DNA of 32,000 nt, taken from Vibrio vulnificus CMCP6. Its GTDB lineage: Bacteria; Pseudomonadota; Gammaproteobacteria; Enterobacterales; Vibrionaceae. The position numbers were made by a program, and so were the translations under genes. Shown here piece after piece: positions 19,141-30,972 of the stretch. The notes beneath the pieces were generated by a model. It did no database searches and was not told the DNA's origin. It saw nothing but the letters and a program-made list of their open reading frames with translations. Position 1 is the stretch's first letter. Every line of letters begins with the position of its first letter. The DNA is taken from positions 120,001-152,000 of the forward strand of contig NC_004459.3 in the NCBI RefSeq assembly GCF_000039765.1, written 5' to 3'.

Positions 19141-20016
19141 CTACTTATCATGTAAACATTGGTAGAAATCATTCCCCATTGAGAGGAGATAATTAAAGTA
19201 GCCGCCGGATTCAAGTGTCACTTCTGTACCAATAGGGTCTAGAACCCCTTTTTTCGCCGAGCTGCCTCTCATGACACTTTCGATAACCGCTGGTGTAAAT
19301 TGTGGCTCAGCAAACACACACACAACATCGCCTTTTGCTAAACGGTTACGAATTTCAATCAACGTTTTCGCTCCAGGCTTTTTCTCCGGGCTAACCGTAA
19401 AGTGCCCAAGGTTGCGAAGTTGATACTGCTGTTCAAAGTAGCCATAAGCATCATGGAACACATAGTAGCCGCGCTCTTTCACTCCTTGTAGCAACTTATT
19501 TAAACGCGTATCCGTTTCATCCAATCCCTGCATGAAACGCTTTAAGTTAGCTTTGTACTGTTCTTCGTTCTGCGCGTCGATTTCGATCAGACGCGCCGTT
19601 ATCGCTGGAGCAACTTGTTTGACCGCGTCGATGCCCATCCAAAAATGGGGGTCATGGCTACCGTGATCATGGCCATCATGCTGATGAGCCTCTTGGTATT
19701 CACGTAACTTAAGAGAAGGAATCGCGCTGATCGTTAGCACATTGGAATGTTCTGACACCAACTTTGTCATAAAAGGCTCTAAGGATGAGCCAAACCACAC
19801 TATCAGATCCGCTTGCCTTACTTTTTTCACGTCAGAAGGTTTCAAAGCGTAATCGTGAGGCGATGCATTGGCAGCCACGAGTAACTTGGGGGTCGTTACC
19901 TCTTGCGTAAGCTCATTGACGATCAGCTGTATTGGTTTAATGCTGGTTAAAACCTCAACGGCAAGCGCTTGTAACGGCAAAAATAACGTAAAAGTACACA
20001 ATAAAAAGCGAATCAT
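19141..20016 (-). CDS. znuA: High-affinity zinc ABC transporter, periplasmic binding protein
   Basis: Signal peptide, 'TSIKPIQLIVNEL', short His loop 'HQHDGHDHGSHDPHFWM', 'KKGVLDPIGTEV...YFNYLLSMGNDFYQCL'. Confidence 0.92.
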   Translation of the reverse strand: MIRFLLCTFTLFLPLQALAVEVLTSIKPIQLIVNELTQEVTTPKLLVAANASPHDYALKPSDVKKVRQADLIVWFGSSLEPFMTKLVSEHSNVLTISAIPSLKLREYQEAHQHDGHDHGSHDPHFWMGIDAVKQVAPAITARLIEIDAQNEEQYKANLKRFMQGLDETDTRLNKLLQGVKERGYYVFHDAYGYFEQQYQLRNLGHFTVSPEKKPGAKTLIEIRNRLAKGDVVCVFAEPQFTPAVIESVMRGSSAKKGVLDPIGTEVTLESGGYFNYLLSMGNDFYQCLHDK

Positions 20017-20051
20017 AATAATCCAAGTTGGTAAGTAGCGTTCATTAGGAT

Positions 20052-20074
20052 AAAATGTTACATTATAACACTCA
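20052..20074. promoter_or_regulatory. Candidate Zur box in the znuA/znuCB divergent promoter region
   Basis: AAAATGTTACATTATAACACTCA matches the gammaproteobacterial Zur consensus GAAATGTTATANTATAACATTTC at 18/23. Confidence 0.75.
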
Positions 20075-20097
20075 CCAATTGCAAATGAGTTCTATTC

Positions 20098-20883
20098 ATG
20101 TCAGCGTTAATTAGCCTAAAGGCGCTTTCGGTCACCTTTGACGATAAGAAAGTTTTAGACAGTATTAGCTTGGATTTGCACAAAGGTAAAATCACGACAC
20201 TGATCGGCCCAAATGGTGCCGGCAAGTCAACCTTAGTCAAAATCATCATCGGTTTACTCAAACCCACTTCAGGTCAAGTTCAACGTCAAGCAAAGCTCAC
20301 TATCGGCTATGTCCCGCAAAAGCTAAAACTCAATGACACATTGCCACTTAATGTTATCCGTTTCCTAAATCTATCAGGAAAGTATAGCCAGCAAGAAACC
20401 ATGGAAGCACTTCGACTTGTTGGTGCAGAGCACCTATATAAATCCAACATGCACAAACTCTCTGGCGGTGAGACTCAACGCGTGCTGTTGGCTCGCGCGC
20501 TTTTGCAACGGCCAGACTTACTTGTACTTGATGAACCCGCTCAAGGCGTCGACATTCAAGGACAAATTGATCTCTACGATTTAATTGAAAGCATCCGCCA
20601 TCGTTTCGATTGTGCCGTGTTTATGGTGTCACATGATTTACACCTGGTTATGGCAAAAACCGATGAAGTCATTTGCCTTCAACATCACGTTTGCTGTTCT
20701 GGCGCGCCAGAAGACATTACTCAGCACCCGTCTTACATTGCATTATTCGGTAGTGCGGCAAGAGACTCATTAGCGATTTATCATCACCAACATGACCACC
20801 ACCACCACGATTTAGCAGGCCAACCTGTTTCTGGTGATGCAACTCAGTGTAACCATCATCACCATGGACATCATCATGATTGA
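20098..20883 (+). CDS. znuC: Zinc ABC transporter ATP-binding protein with His-rich C-terminal tail
   Basis: Walker A '[14 protein letters not shown]', signature '[27 protein letters not shown]', C-terminus '[34 protein letters not shown]'. Confidence 0.95.
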   Translation: MSALISLKALSVTFDDKKVLDSISLDLHKGKITTLIGPNGAGKSTLVKIIIGLLKPTSGQVQRQAKLTIGYVPQKLKLNDTLPLNVIRFLNLSGKYSQQETMEALRLVGAEHLYKSNMHKLSGGETQRVLLARALLQRPDLLVLDEPAQGVDIQGQIDLYDLIESIRHRFDCAVFMVSHDLHLVMAKTDEVICLQHHVCCSGAPEDITQHPSYIALFGSAARDSLAIYHHQHDHHHHDLAGQPVSGDATQCNHHHHGHHHD

Positions 20884-21661
20884 GTTTCTTCTTCCTTCTC
20901 TTTTAGCCGGCTTAGGAATTGCGCTGATCGCCGGGCCTTTGGGATCATTTGTTGTTTGGCGCAGAATGGCTTACTTCGGCGATACCCTAGCTCATGCGTC
21001 ATTAATGGGGCTAGCGCTTGGCTTTCTGCTCGATGTGAACTTGTACCTTGCGCTCATTGTATGTTGCCTCGCTTTAGCGGTGATACTCGTGACACTGCAA
21101 AAACAGCAGCTCGTTGCGTCGGATACACTGCTCGGCATCTTAGCTCACAGCGCATTGTCCATCGGTTTGGTCGCGGTAAGTTTTCTCGATAATGTCCGTG
21201 TGGATCTGATGAGCTACTTATTTGGTGATCTTTTGGCTGTCTCCCCACAAGATTTGCTGTTCATATACGCAGGAGTCGCTGCGGTTGGCGCAACGTTGTA
21301 TCTTTTTTGGCGACCGCTTTTGTCCACCACAGTTAATGAAGAGTTGGCTGCAGTGGAAGGCACCAATATCGATTTGATTCGCCTAATTTTGATGCTGATG
21401 GTCGGTATCGTTATCGCAGTGGGAATGAAATTTGTCGGCGCACTGATTATGACCTCTCTGCTGATCATCCCTGCAGCAGCGGCAAGGCGCTTTGCTCAGT
21501 CACCAGAGCAAATGGCTGGGTTTGCTTCTCTGATCGGTGTTCTTGCCGTCCTCGGTGGGTTAACGCTCTCTTGGCATTTCGATACCCCGGCAGGCCCCTC
21601 AGTGGTCATTAGCGCAACCGCTATCTTTATGCTGGCTCAACTAAAGCCGCAAACAAGCTAA
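20876..21661 (+). CDS. znuB: Zinc ABC transporter permease
   Basis: '[45 protein letters not shown]'; ATG at 20876 overlaps the znuC end by 8 nt. Confidence 0.95.
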   Translation: MIEFLLPSLLAGLGIALIAGPLGSFVVWRRMAYFGDTLAHASLMGLALGFLLDVNLYLALIVCCLALAVILVTLQKQQLVASDTLLGILAHSALSIGLVAVSFLDNVRVDLMSYLFGDLLAVSPQDLLFIYAGVAAVGATLYLFWRPLLSTTVNEELAAVEGTNIDLIRLILMLMVGIVIAVGMKFVGALIMTSLLIIPAAAARRFAQSPEQMAGFASLIGVLAVLGGLTLSWHFDTPAGPSVVISATAIFMLAQLKPQTS

Positions 21662-21688
21662 AGTGACAGAACAAGTAAACTACAATGA

Positions 21689-21717
21689 AAAAGCCGAGCA
21701 TTGATTGCTCGGCTTTT
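21689..21717. terminator. Bidirectional terminator between znuB and sucD
   Basis: AAAAGCCGAGCA - TTGAT - TGCTCGGCTTTT, 12-bp perfect stem. Confidence 0.88.
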
Positions 21718-21743
21718 ACTTGGACGGATGACGCTGTTGTCTA

Positions 21744-22616
21744 TTACCAACCCGTCACTTCGCGAAGTGCTTGACCAATTTCAGCCAAAGACTTAACGGT
21801 TTTCACACCAGCAGATTCAAGTGCTGCAAACTTCTCATCCGCAGTCCCTTTACCACCAGAAATGATAGCACCAGCATGGCCCATACGTTTACCCGGAGGC
21901 GCAGTTACACCAGCGATGTAAGAGACCACTGGCTTAGTAACGTTCTCTTTAATGAACGCTGCCGCTTCTTCTTCTGCCGTACCGCCAATTTCACCGATCA
22001 TCACGATCGCTTCCGTTTCTGGGTCTTCTTGGAACAATTTTAGAATATCGATGAAGTTAGAACCTGGGATTGGGTCACCACCGATACCAACACAAGTAGA
22101 CTGACCGAAACCTTCATCCGTGGTTTGTTTAACGGCTTCGTACGTTAAAGTACCTGAGCGTGAAACGATACCCACTTTACCCTTCTTATGGATATGACCT
22201 GGCATGATGCCGATCTTACACTCATCAGGAGTGATAACGCCTGGACAGTTTGGCCCAATCATACGAACGCCAGTCTGCTCCAGTTTCACTTTCACATCGA
22301 TCATATCCGTCGTAGGAATGCCCTCTGTGATGGTTACAATAAGTTCGATACCCGCATCGATTGCTTCCAAAATGGCATCTTTACAGAAAGGAGCTGGAAC
22401 GTAGATAACTGTTGCTGTTGCGCCCGTTGCTTCTACCGCTTCGCGAACAGTGTTGAACACAGGTAGGCCTAAATGTGTTTGACCACCTTTACCAGGAGAA
22501 ACACCACCAACCATTTGCGTGCCATAAGCTAGCGCTTGCTCTGAGTGGAAAGTACCTTGACCGCCTGTGAAACCCTGACAGATTACTTTGGTGTCTTTGT
22601 TAATTAATACAGACAT
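21744..22616 (-). CDS. sucD: Succinyl-CoA synthetase subunit alpha
   Basis: '[33 protein letters not shown]', active-site region '[14 protein letters not shown]'. Confidence 0.97.
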   Translation of the reverse strand: MSVLINKDTKVICQGFTGGQGTFHSEQALAYGTQMVGGVSPGKGGQTHLGLPVFNTVREAVEATGATATVIYVPAPFCKDAILEAIDAGIELIVTITEGIPTTDMIDVKVKLEQTGVRMIGPNCPGVITPDECKIGIMPGHIHKKGKVGIVSRSGTLTYEAVKQTTDEGFGQSTCVGIGGDPIPGSNFIDILKLFQEDPETEAIVMIGEIGGTAEEEAAAFIKENVTKPVVSYIAGVTAPPGKRMGHAGAIISGGKGTADEKFAALESAGVKTVKSLAEIGQALREVTGW

Positions 22617-23782
22617 TATTTGCCCTCCGCCGCAGCAACTACTTTCTGAGCAGCATCTGTTAGTGATTCTGCTGCAATGATATCCAAACCTGACTCTGCC
22701 AGTACTTTGCGGCCAAGATCCGCATTAGTACCTTCAAGGCGTACAACAACGGGTACGCTTACACCAACTTCTTTTACCGCGCCGATGATACCTTCTGCGA
22801 TCATGTCACAACGAACAATACCACCAAAGATGTTCACCAAAACGGCTTTTACATTGTCATCAGAAAGGATGATCTTGAATGCCTCTGCTACACGCTCTTT
22901 TGTCGCGCCGCCACCTACATCCAAGAAGTTGGCTGGTTTGCCACCGTGTAGGTTTACGATGTCCATAGTACCCATTGCAAGGCCTGCACCGTTCACCATA
23001 CAGCCGACGTTACCATCAAGTGCTACGTAGTTCAGTTCCCACTGCGCCGCATGAGCTTCACGCTTATCTTCTTGAGAAGGATCGTGCATTTCACGCAGTT
23101 TAGGTTGGCGGTAAAGCGCATTTGAGTCGATGTTGATCTTACCATCTAGACAAAGTAGGTTGCCTTCACCAGTAATCACAAGTGGGTTGATTTCAAGAAG
23201 AGCGAGATCGTATTGAGTGAACATTTCACCCAAACCCATGAAGATTTTCACAAACTGCTTAATTTGATCGCCTTGAAGACCAAGTTTAAATGCAAGCTCA
23301 CGACCTTGATAAGCCTGAGGGCCTACCAGTGGATCAATAGCCGCTTTGTGAATCAGTTCAGGTGTTTCTTCTGCAACTTTTTCGATTTCCACACCGCCTT
23401 CAGTTGAGGCCATGAAAACGACTTTACGTGTTGCACGGTCAACGACAGCACCCAAGTATAGCTCGTTGGCAATATTGGACGCTTCTTCAACCAAAATTTT
23501 TGTTACTGGCTGACCATTCGCATCTGTCTGATAAGTTACCAGGTTTTTGCCAAGCCATTTTTGTGCAAATTCTTTCACGCCTTCTTTCGTATCGTGAAGC
23601 TCTACGCCACCCGCTTTACCGCGGCCACCTGCGTGAACCTGACATTTTACAACTTTCTTCGCGGTGCTAATGCGGCCAGCAGCTTCAAATGCTTCTTGAG
23701 GTGTATCACAAGCATAACCTTCTGGTACCGGCAAACCGAATTCTGCAAACAGCTGTTTGGCTTGGTATTCATGCAAATTCAT
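22616..23782 (-). CDS. sucC: Succinyl-CoA synthetase subunit beta
   Basis: '[25 protein letters not shown]', '[14 protein letters not shown]' and '[11 protein letters not shown]'-type ATP-grasp features. Confidence 0.97.
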   Translation of the reverse strand: MNLHEYQAKQLFAEFGLPVPEGYACDTPQEAFEAAGRISTAKKVVKCQVHAGGRGKAGGVELHDTKEGVKEFAQKWLGKNLVTYQTDANGQPVTKILVEEASNIANELYLGAVVDRATRKVVFMASTEGGVEIEKVAEETPELIHKAAIDPLVGPQAYQGRELAFKLGLQGDQIKQFVKIFMGLGEMFTQYDLALLEINPLVITGEGNLLCLDGKINIDSNALYRQPKLREMHDPSQEDKREAHAAQWELNYVALDGNVGCMVNGAGLAMGTMDIVNLHGGKPANFLDVGGGATKERVAEAFKIILSDDNVKAVLVNIFGGIVRCDMIAEGIIGAVKEVGVSVPVVVRLEGTNADLGRKVLAESGLDIIAAESLTDAAQKVVAAAEGK

Positions 23783-23972
23783 TTTGATATTCCGTTTGTT
23801 CTTCCCTTAAGGGATTTATTATTTCCATAACGTCACGATTAACAGTGCGACGCCTGTAGGGTCTTCTCAAATAAACTGCTAACAGTTCAAGTGAAGGCCA
23901 GACGCTGAGCCAGTCTAGCCTTAGGGATTTTTAACGTCTAGCCATCAACGACAACTAGACGTTTTAGCGATA

Positions 23973-25181
23973 TTAAACGTCTAACAACAGACGTGCTGGA
24001 TCTTCCAGTAACTCTTTCACGGTCACTAGGAAGCCAACCGACTCGCGACCATCAATCAAGCGGTGGTCATAAGACAGTGCTAGGTACATCATTGGCAGAA
24101 TTTCAACTTTGCCATCTACCGCCATCGGACGATCTTGAATCTTATGCATACCCAAAATCGCAGATTGTGGTGGGTTGATGATTGGAGTCGACATCAATGA
24201 ACCAAACACACCACCATTCGTGATGGTAAAGTTGCCGCCAATTAGCTCGTCAACGGTTAGTTTTCCGTCACGACCTTTGATGGCGAGCTCTTTGATACCC
24301 TTTTCAACATCCGCAAAACCTAGCGTGTCGCAGTCTTTTAGGACTGGAGTCACTAGACCACGTGGCGTAGAAACCGCCATACTGATGTCAAAATAGTTGT
24401 GGTAAACAATGTCATCACCATCGATCGATGCATTGATTTCAGGATAACGCTTCAGTGCTTCAGTCACCGCTTTCACGTAGAAAGACATGAAGCCAAGACG
24501 AATACCATGACGCGCTTCAAACTGATCACCATACTGCTTACGAAGATCCATGATTGGCTTCATGTTAACTTCGTTAAACGTCGTCAACATCGCCGTGCTG
24601 TTTTTCGCTTCTAGCAAACGGTTAGCCACTGTTTTGCGTAGACGTGTCATTGGAACACGTTTTTCACTGCGAGCAGCAACCGGTGCAACTGCAGCAGGAG
24701 CTTCTGCAACTGCAGGAGCTTGTTTTGCCGCGGCAAGGTGCGCTTCGATATCTTCACGTGTAATACGGCCACCAACACCCGTACCTTTTACTTGGCTTGC
24801 TTCCAAGCTATGCTCTGCGAGAAGGCGACGCACCGCTGGACTAAGGGCATCATTGCTCTCTTCTGATAAGCTTGCTGTATGACGCTTATCTGGAGATGGC
24901 TCTGACTCTTCCGTCGTATCAGCCGTAGGTTCACCCGCGACAGCCGCCAATTTAATGCGACCAATCAGTTGCTTCGAAAGCACTGTCGCACCTTCTTCTT
25001 CAACGATCGCTTCCAGAATACCCGCTTCTGAAGCCGGTACTTCTAACACTACTTTGTCTGTTTCAATATCAACCAGTACTTCATCGCGCTCAACTCTGTC
25101 GCCTGGTTTCTTGTGCCAAGTTGCAACTGTTGCATCGGCTACTGATTCAGGTAAATCTGGAACCAGAATTTCAATAGTCAT
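23973..25181 (-). CDS. sucB: 2-oxoglutarate dehydrogenase E2 (dihydrolipoyl succinyltransferase)
   Basis: Lipoyl site '[12 protein letters not shown]', E3-binding '[15 protein letters not shown]', catalytic '[18 protein letters not shown]'. Confidence 0.97.
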   Translation of the reverse strand: MTIEILVPDLPESVADATVATWHKKPGDRVERDEVLVDIETDKVVLEVPASEAGILEAIVEEEGATVLSKQLIGRIKLAAVAGEPTADTTEESEPSPDKRHTASLSEESNDALSPAVRRLLAEHSLEASQVKGTGVGGRITREDIEAHLAAAKQAPAVAEAPAAVAPVAARSEKRVPMTRLRKTVANRLLEAKNSTAMLTTFNEVNMKPIMDLRKQYGDQFEARHGIRLGFMSFYVKAVTEALKRYPEINASIDGDDIVYHNYFDISMAVSTPRGLVTPVLKDCDTLGFADVEKGIKELAIKGRDGKLTVDELIGGNFTITNGGVFGSLMSTPIINPPQSAILGMHKIQDRPMAVDGKVEILPMMYLALSYDHRLIDGRESVGFLVTVKELLEDPARLLLDV

Positions 25182-25209
25182 ATCTGTTTCTTCCTTTTAC
25201 TTCTAGTTC

Positions 25210-28035
25210 TTAATCCGAAGTCTTTTCGTTCACGTTTAGCGCGTCATCAATCAGCGCTTTCTGCTGTTTCAAGTGCACCGACATATAGCCAACGGCTGGA
25301 GAAGCTGACGCTGGACGACCAGCGTATTTCAACTCAGTTCCTGCCGGGATAGCTGCACGGAAGTTATGTTGGCTACAGTACCAAGCCCCTTGGTTTTGCG
25401 GTTCTTCCTGACACCAAACAAAATCTTCAACATTCACATAAGGTGCTATTGCCGCTTTCACGTCATCCATTGGGAATGGGTACAGCTGTTCAATACGTAC
25501 AATCGCGACATCATCTTGCTCGTTATTGCGACGCTGCTCTAGAAGGTCGAAGTAGACTTTACCTGAACAGAACACAACACGTTTCACTTTTGCCGGATCC
25601 AGTTCATCGATTTCTGGAATCGCGGGCATAAAGGTACCATTTGCCAAGTCATCGAGTGACGATGTGCATAATGGGTGGCGTAGCAATGATTTAGGAGACA
25701 TCACAATCAGTGGACGACGCATTGGACGCACAACTTGACGACGGATCATGTGATAAACCTGCGCAGGGGTTGATGGCACAACCACTTGCATGTTTTGTTC
25801 AGCACACAGTTGTAGGTAACGCTCAAGGCGCGCAGATGAGTGCTCTGGACCTTGACCTTCATAGCCGTGAGGCAACAACATGGTTAACCCACATAGTCGA
25901 GCCCACTTCTGTTCACCCGAAGAGATGAACTGGTCAATAACCACTTGTGCGCCGTTAGCAAAGTCACCAAATTGTGCTTCCCAAAGCGTCAAGCCACTTG
26001 GCTCTGCCGTTGCGTAACCATATTCAAAGGCAAGTACCGCTTCTTCAGAAAGAACCGAATCGAATACTTCAAAAGGACCTTGCTTATCATGAATATTGGC
26101 AAGAGGAACATACGTACTGGCATCGTTTTGGTTGTGCAGTACAGCATGACGATGGAAGAAGGTACCACGACCAGAATCCTGACCTGAAATACGAATGCGC
26201 TTGCCATCATCCACTAGTGTGGCGTAGGCCAAAGTTTCTGCCATCCCCCAATCTAGCTCTTTTTCACCATTGGTCATTGCCGTACGGTCGTTGTAAAGCT
26301 TGCTCACTCGGCTGTGAAGCGTGTGACTTTCTGGGTATTGGCATAAACGCTTACCTAGCTCGACTAGGCGTTGTTTATCGTAGGTATTGCTCCAAGGCGT
26401 ATCCCACTCATGGCCCAGATATGGAGACCAATCGACAGAATGTAATGCCATTGGACGCCATTCTTTAACAACCACTTCGCCGTGATCGAGTGCATCACGA
26501 TACTCGTTGACCATTTGCGTTGCGGTTTCAATGTCGCACTCGTTACGATCAATCAAAACATCAGCATACAACTTACGAGGCGTAGGATGTTTTTTGATCT
26601 TTTGGTACATCAAAGGCTGAGTAGCATTCGGCTCGTCCGCTTCATTGTGGCCATGACGGCGGTAACAAACCAAGTCAATCACCACATCGCGTTTAAACTC
26701 GTTACGGTAATCCAACGCAATACGAGTCACGAAAGCTACCGCTTCAGGGTCATCTGCGTTTACGTGGAAAATCGGTGCCTGTACCATCTTCGCAATATCA
26801 GTACAGTACATCGTTGAGCGGGTGTCGCGTGGGTTAGACGTCGTAAAACCAACTTGGTTATTGACGACCACACGCACCGTGCCACCAACGCAGAAGCCAC
26901 GTGCTTGAGACATGTTGAATGTTTCAGCAACAACCCCTTGACCCGCGATCGCAGAGTCACCATGGATGGTAATCGGCAACACTTTGCTACCGTCATCGTC
27001 GCCCAAGCGATCTTGACGCGCACGCACAGAACCCATAACTACTGGGTTAACGATCTCTAAATGAGATGGGTTAAACGCAAGGGCTAAGTGAACGTCGCCA
27101 CCTGGTGTTGCGAAGTCCGCTGAGAAACCTTGGTGATATTTTACATCGCCCGTACCCCAACTCTCGCCATGTTTACCAGCAAACTCGTCAAATAGGTCCT
27201 GTGGCTTTTTGCCCAAGACGTTAACAAGCATATTGAGACGGCCACGGTGAGCCATGCCGATAACCACTTCGCGCATTCCGCTACGACCCGCATGACGAAT
27301 TAACTCTTTCATCATCGGAATCATTGCGTCGCCACCTTCGAGAGAGAAACGCTTCGCTCCTGGGAATTTTGCACCAAGATAGCGCTCAAGACCTTCTGCT
27401 GCCGTTAGCTCAGCAAGGAATGTACGTTTTTCATCTTTATCAAAGGAAGGTTGACCTACCACAGATTCTAAACGTTGTTGGATCCAACGCTTTTGCTCTG
27501 TGTCTGTCATGTGCATGTATTCTGCACCAATCGAACCACAGTAGGTTTTCTTAAGTGCGGTGTAGATATCTTTCAGCGGCATGGTCTCTTGACCAACAGC
27601 AAAAGAACCTACGTTGAATGTTTCTTCGAAGTCATCTTCGGTGAGATTGTGGAATGCAGGGTCTAGCTCAGCCACTGTTGGGCGTTGCCATAAACCGAGT
27701 GGATCCAATTCTGCTGCTTCATGTCCGCGGAAGCGGTAAGCATTAATCAGCTGTAGTACCTTAACTTGCTTAGCATCGACATCAGGATCACTTACCTGGA
27801 CACTATAATGCTTTGTTTCTTGAGCTAGTCGTCGGAAGTAGTCACGGACCCGTGAATGCGGCTGTTCGGCCACTTCTTTTGTTGGCTTAGGCAAGCCTTC
27901 AAAAACACGTTTCCACTCCTCACTTACCAGATCGGGGTCACTTAGATACAGTTCGTAGAGATCCTCTACGTAAGTTGCATTGGCGCCAGCCAAGTGTGAA
28001 GACTCGAGCCATGCCTTCATCACGCCGTTGTGCAT
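25210..28035 (-). CDS. sucA: 2-oxoglutarate dehydrogenase E1
   Basis: 'MHNGVMKAWLESSHLAGANATYVEDLYELYLSDP', 'GMAHRGRLNMLVNVLGK', ThDP motif 'HGDSAIAGQGVVAETFNMS'. Confidence 0.97.
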   Translation of the reverse strand: MHNGVMKAWLESSHLAGANATYVEDLYELYLSDPDLVSEEWKRVFEGLPKPTKEVAEQPHSRVRDYFRRLAQETKHYSVQVSDPDVDAKQVKVLQLINAYRFRGHEAAELDPLGLWQRPTVAELDPAFHNLTEDDFEETFNVGSFAVGQETMPLKDIYTALKKTYCGSIGAEYMHMTDTEQKRWIQQRLESVVGQPSFDKDEKRTFLAELTAAEGLERYLGAKFPGAKRFSLEGGDAMIPMMKELIRHAGRSGMREVVIGMAHRGRLNMLVNVLGKKPQDLFDEFAGKHGESWGTGDVKYHQGFSADFATPGGDVHLALAFNPSHLEIVNPVVMGSVRARQDRLGDDDGSKVLPITIHGDSAIAGQGVVAETFNMSQARGFCVGGTVRVVVNNQVGFTTSNPRDTRSTMYCTDIAKMVQAPIFHVNADDPEAVAFVTRIALDYRNEFKRDVVIDLVCYRRHGHNEADEPNATQPLMYQKIKKHPTPRKLYADVLIDRNECDIETATQMVNEYRDALDHGEVVVKEWRPMALHSVDWSPYLGHEWDTPWSNTYDKQRLVELGKRLCQYPESHTLHSRVSKLYNDRTAMTNGEKELDWGMAETLAYATLVDDGKRIRISGQDSGRGTFFHRHAVLHNQNDASTYVPLANIHDKQGPFEVFDSVLSEEAVLAFEYGYATAEPSGLTLWEAQFGDFANGAQVVIDQFISSGEQKWARLCGLTMLLPHGYEGQGPEHSSARLERYLQLCAEQNMQVVVPSTPAQVYHMIRRQVVRPMRRPLIVMSPKSLLRHPLCTSSLDDLANGTFMPAIPEIDELDPAKVKRVVFCSGKVYFDLLEQRRNNEQDDVAIVRIEQLYPFPMDDVKAAIAPYVNVEDFVWCQEEPQNQGAWYCSQHNFRAAIPAGTELKYAGRPASASPAVGYMSVHLKQQKALIDDALNVNEKTSD

Positions 28036-28136
28036 ATTTTCCCTTAACCAGTAGTTTTCACGTTTGCTGCGGTCTTCGCCGAGCTACTATAGAGCCGACA
28101 GGTTGGTTAGAACACTGTCGGCAATTTTGTTGTTTA

Positions 28137-28847
28137 TTACACCGAACGATTGACCAGCATACTCTTGATATGGCCAATAGCTTTTGTAGGATTTAGCCCC
28201 TTAGGACAAACACTTACACAATTCATAATGCCGTGGCAACGAAAAACGCTAAATGCGTCATCAAGATTAGACAAACGTTCATCTGTTGCAGTATCACGAC
28301 TGTCAATCAGCCAACGATACGCTGCCAGAAGACCCGCTGGTCCGATAAACTTGTCCGGGTTCCACCAGAATGATGGGCACGAGGTTGTACAACATGCACA
28401 CATAATACATTCGTACAAACCATCCAAATGCGCACGCTCGTCTGGTGATTGTAAGTTTTCTCGAGAAGGCGGAAGAGCACCATCTGAAATCAAGAAAGGC
28501 TTAACTTTCGCATAGTTATCGTAGAACTGTGTCATGTCAACGATAAGATCGCGAATCACAGGTAACCCAGGCAATGGACGAATCACAATTTTGTCCGCTT
28601 TCAACGCAGACAGCGGTGTGATACACGCCAAACCGTTCTTACCATTCATGTTAAGACCATCCGATCCACACACGCCTTCACGACAAGAACGACGGAAAGA
28701 GATCGTAGCGTCTTGTTCTTTCAGTAGAATCAGTGCATCCAACACCATCATGTCAGAGCCGTCTTCCACTTCCAGCACATAGTCTTTCATGTATGGTTTG
28801 GTATCTACATCCGGATTGTAACGATATACAGAGAAGTTCAGTTTCAT
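28137..28847 (-). CDS. sdhB: Succinate dehydrogenase iron-sulfur subunit
   Basis: 'CREGVCGSDGLNMNGKNGLAC', 'CIMCACCTTSCPSFWWN'. Start ATG at 28847 (MKLNFSVYRYNP) with GGAGGACTG upstream rather than the 252-aa form. Confidence 0.97.
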   Translation of the reverse strand: MKLNFSVYRYNPDVDTKPYMKDYVLEVEDGSDMMVLDALILLKEQDATISFRRSCREGVCGSDGLNMNGKNGLACITPLSALKADKIVIRPLPGLPVIRDLIVDMTQFYDNYAKVKPFLISDGALPPSRENLQSPDERAHLDGLYECIMCACCTTSCPSFWWNPDKFIGPAGLLAAYRWLIDSRDTATDERLSNLDDAFSVFRCHGIMNCVSVCPKGLNPTKAIGHIKSMLVNRSV

Positions 28848-28860
28848 GTTCAGTCCTCCC

Positions 28861-30627
28861 TTAGTATGTACGTACTTTTGGTGGGAACGCATCACGATGA
28901 ACAGGCGTCATATTGACATCACGCTTGCTCATTTGCTCCGTTTCCGGGTTGTAGATAGAGTGGCATAGCCAGTTTTCATCGTCACGATCTGGGAAGTCAA
29001 AGCGGGCGTGAGCACCGCGACTTTCTGTGCGATAGTTGGCCGCAACCGCTGTTGAGAATGCCGTTTCCATCAAGTTGTCTAGCTCTAGACACTCGATACG
29101 CTGAGTATTGAACTCAGTTGATTTGTCAGAAAGATGTGCATCTTTCAGGCGCTCACGAATCACTTTCAGCTCTTCCAGACCTGTCGCCATAGCGTCACCT
29201 TCACGGAATACCGAGAAGCTGTTCTGCATACAACGTTGTAGATCTTTACGAATCTGAACAGGATCCTCACCACCTTTGCTGTTTTCCCAGCGCATGTAGC
29301 GAGAAAGTGAGGCTTCAATGTCCGATGCTGATGCATCACGCGCTTCTGCCTGCGCAGCGAGTGTTTCACCAAGGTGAAGACCCGTTGCACGACCGAATAC
29401 CACGAGGTCAAGCAGTGAGTTACCACCTAGACGGTTTGCGCCATGTACTGATACAGAAGCAATTTCACCACACGCGAATAGACCTTGAACTTCGACGTCT
29501 TTGCCATCGGCAGTTTGTTTGATCGCTTGACCAGAAACTTGCGTTGGTACACCACCCATCATGTAGTGACAAGTTGGGATAACTGGGATTGGCTCTTTCA
29601 CTGGGTCAACGTGAGCGAAGGTACGCGATAACTCACAGATACCTGGTAGACGCGATTCAAGCACATCTTTGCCTAGATGATCCAACTTGAGTTTAATGTG
29701 TGGACCCCAAGGGCCATCACAACCACGACCTTCACGGATTTCGATCATCATTGAACGTGCAACAACGTCGCGACCAGCCAAATCTTTCGCATTAGGAGCA
29801 TAACGCTCCATGAAACGCTCACCATCTTTGTTGAGAAGGTAACCGCCTTCACCACGACAACCTTCCGTCACAAGAACACCTGCACCAGCGATACCCGTTG
29901 GGTGGAACTGCCACATTTCCATGTCTTGCATTGGGACGCCAGCGCGCAGTGCCATACCAACACCATCACCAGTATTGATGTGTGCGTTCGTTGTTGAGGC
30001 GTAAATACGGCCAGCACCACCAGTTGCTAAAATGGTCGCTTTCGACTTGAAGTAGCAAATTTCACCCGTTTCCATGCATACCGCTGTACAACCCACAACC
30101 GCACCATCTTGGTTTTTCACCAGGTCAAGTGCATACCACTCAGAGAAGATCATGGTTTTGTGTTTTACGTTTTGCTGATACAGAGTGTGGAGCAATGCGT
30201 GACCAGTACGGTCAGCCGCTGCAGCGGTACGCGCCGCTTGCTCGCCACCAAACTCTTTTGACTGACCACCAAATGGACGCTGGTAGATACTGCCGTTATC
30301 AAAACGAGAGAAAGGCAGACCCATTTTCTCAAGCTCGATCACTGACTCAGGACCATTCTTACACATGTACTCAATGGCATTTTGGTCACCAATGTAGTCA
30401 GAACCTTTTACGGTGTCATACATATGCCACTGCCAATCGTCTTTGTGCGAGTTACCTAGAGCAACGGTAATACCACCTTGAGCCGATACAGTGTGTGAGC
30501 GTGTTGGAAATACTTTAGATAGCAATGCACAAGAAAGGCCTTGCTCAGAAATTTGTAGTGCAGCACGCATACCTGCACCACCAGCGCCGATTACTACGGC
30601 ATCAAATTCGCGAACTGGAATAGACAC
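28861..30627 (-). CDS. sdhA: Succinate dehydrogenase flavoprotein subunit
   Basis: '[13 protein letters not shown]', '[16 protein letters not shown]', 588 aa; GTG start directly after the sdhD stop. Confidence 0.97.
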   Translation of the reverse strand: MSIPVREFDAVVIGAGGAGMRAALQISEQGLSCALLSKVFPTRSHTVSAQGGITVALGNSHKDDWQWHMYDTVKGSDYIGDQNAIEYMCKNGPESVIELEKMGLPFSRFDNGSIYQRPFGGQSKEFGGEQAARTAAAADRTGHALLHTLYQQNVKHKTMIFSEWYALDLVKNQDGAVVGCTAVCMETGEICYFKSKATILATGGAGRIYASTTNAHINTGDGVGMALRAGVPMQDMEMWQFHPTGIAGAGVLVTEGCRGEGGYLLNKDGERFMERYAPNAKDLAGRDVVARSMMIEIREGRGCDGPWGPHIKLKLDHLGKDVLESRLPGICELSRTFAHVDPVKEPIPVIPTCHYMMGGVPTQVSGQAIKQTADGKDVEVQGLFACGEIASVSVHGANRLGGNSLLDLVVFGRATGLHLGETLAAQAEARDASASDIEASLSRYMRWENSKGGEDPVQIRKDLQRCMQNSFSVFREGDAMATGLEELKVIRERLKDAHLSDKSTEFNTQRIECLELDNLMETAFSTAVAANYRTESRGAHARFDFPDRDDENWLCHSIYNPETEQMSKRDVNMTPVHRDAFPPKVRTY

Positions 30628-30972
30628 TTATGCACCCCACAATACAAACAGACCAGAGAAGAAATACCCGAACAGCAGTGCGATCACACCAAGTTGTAAA
30701 CCACCACGCAATTTGGCGCACTTGATGTAGTCAGTCAGCACTTGCCATAATCCAATCCAGGCATGAATCAGGACAGAAGCGAGAGCAAGCATGGTGAAGA
30801 CTTTAGTAAAAGTGCCACCAAAAAACTGAGTCCAGGATGCATAATTGATATCTGTGAACGCACAGAAGCTAACAAGATAAATGGTGTAAAGAGTCATGAT
30901 GATGGCCGTTGCACGAATCAACAAGAAATCGTGCACACCGTTACGGCCAACAGAGGAAACGTGTTTTACCAT
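30628..30972 (-). CDS. sdhD: Succinate dehydrogenase hydrophobic membrane anchor
   Basis: 114-aa three-helix membrane protein 'HAWIGLWQVLTDYIK' between sdhA and sdhC. Confidence 0.93.
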   Translation of the reverse strand: MVKHVSSVGRNGVHDFLLIRATAIIMTLYTIYLVSFCAFTDINYASWTQFFGGTFTKVFTMLALASVLIHAWIGLWQVLTDYIKCAKLRGGLQLGVIALLFGYFFSGLFVLWGA

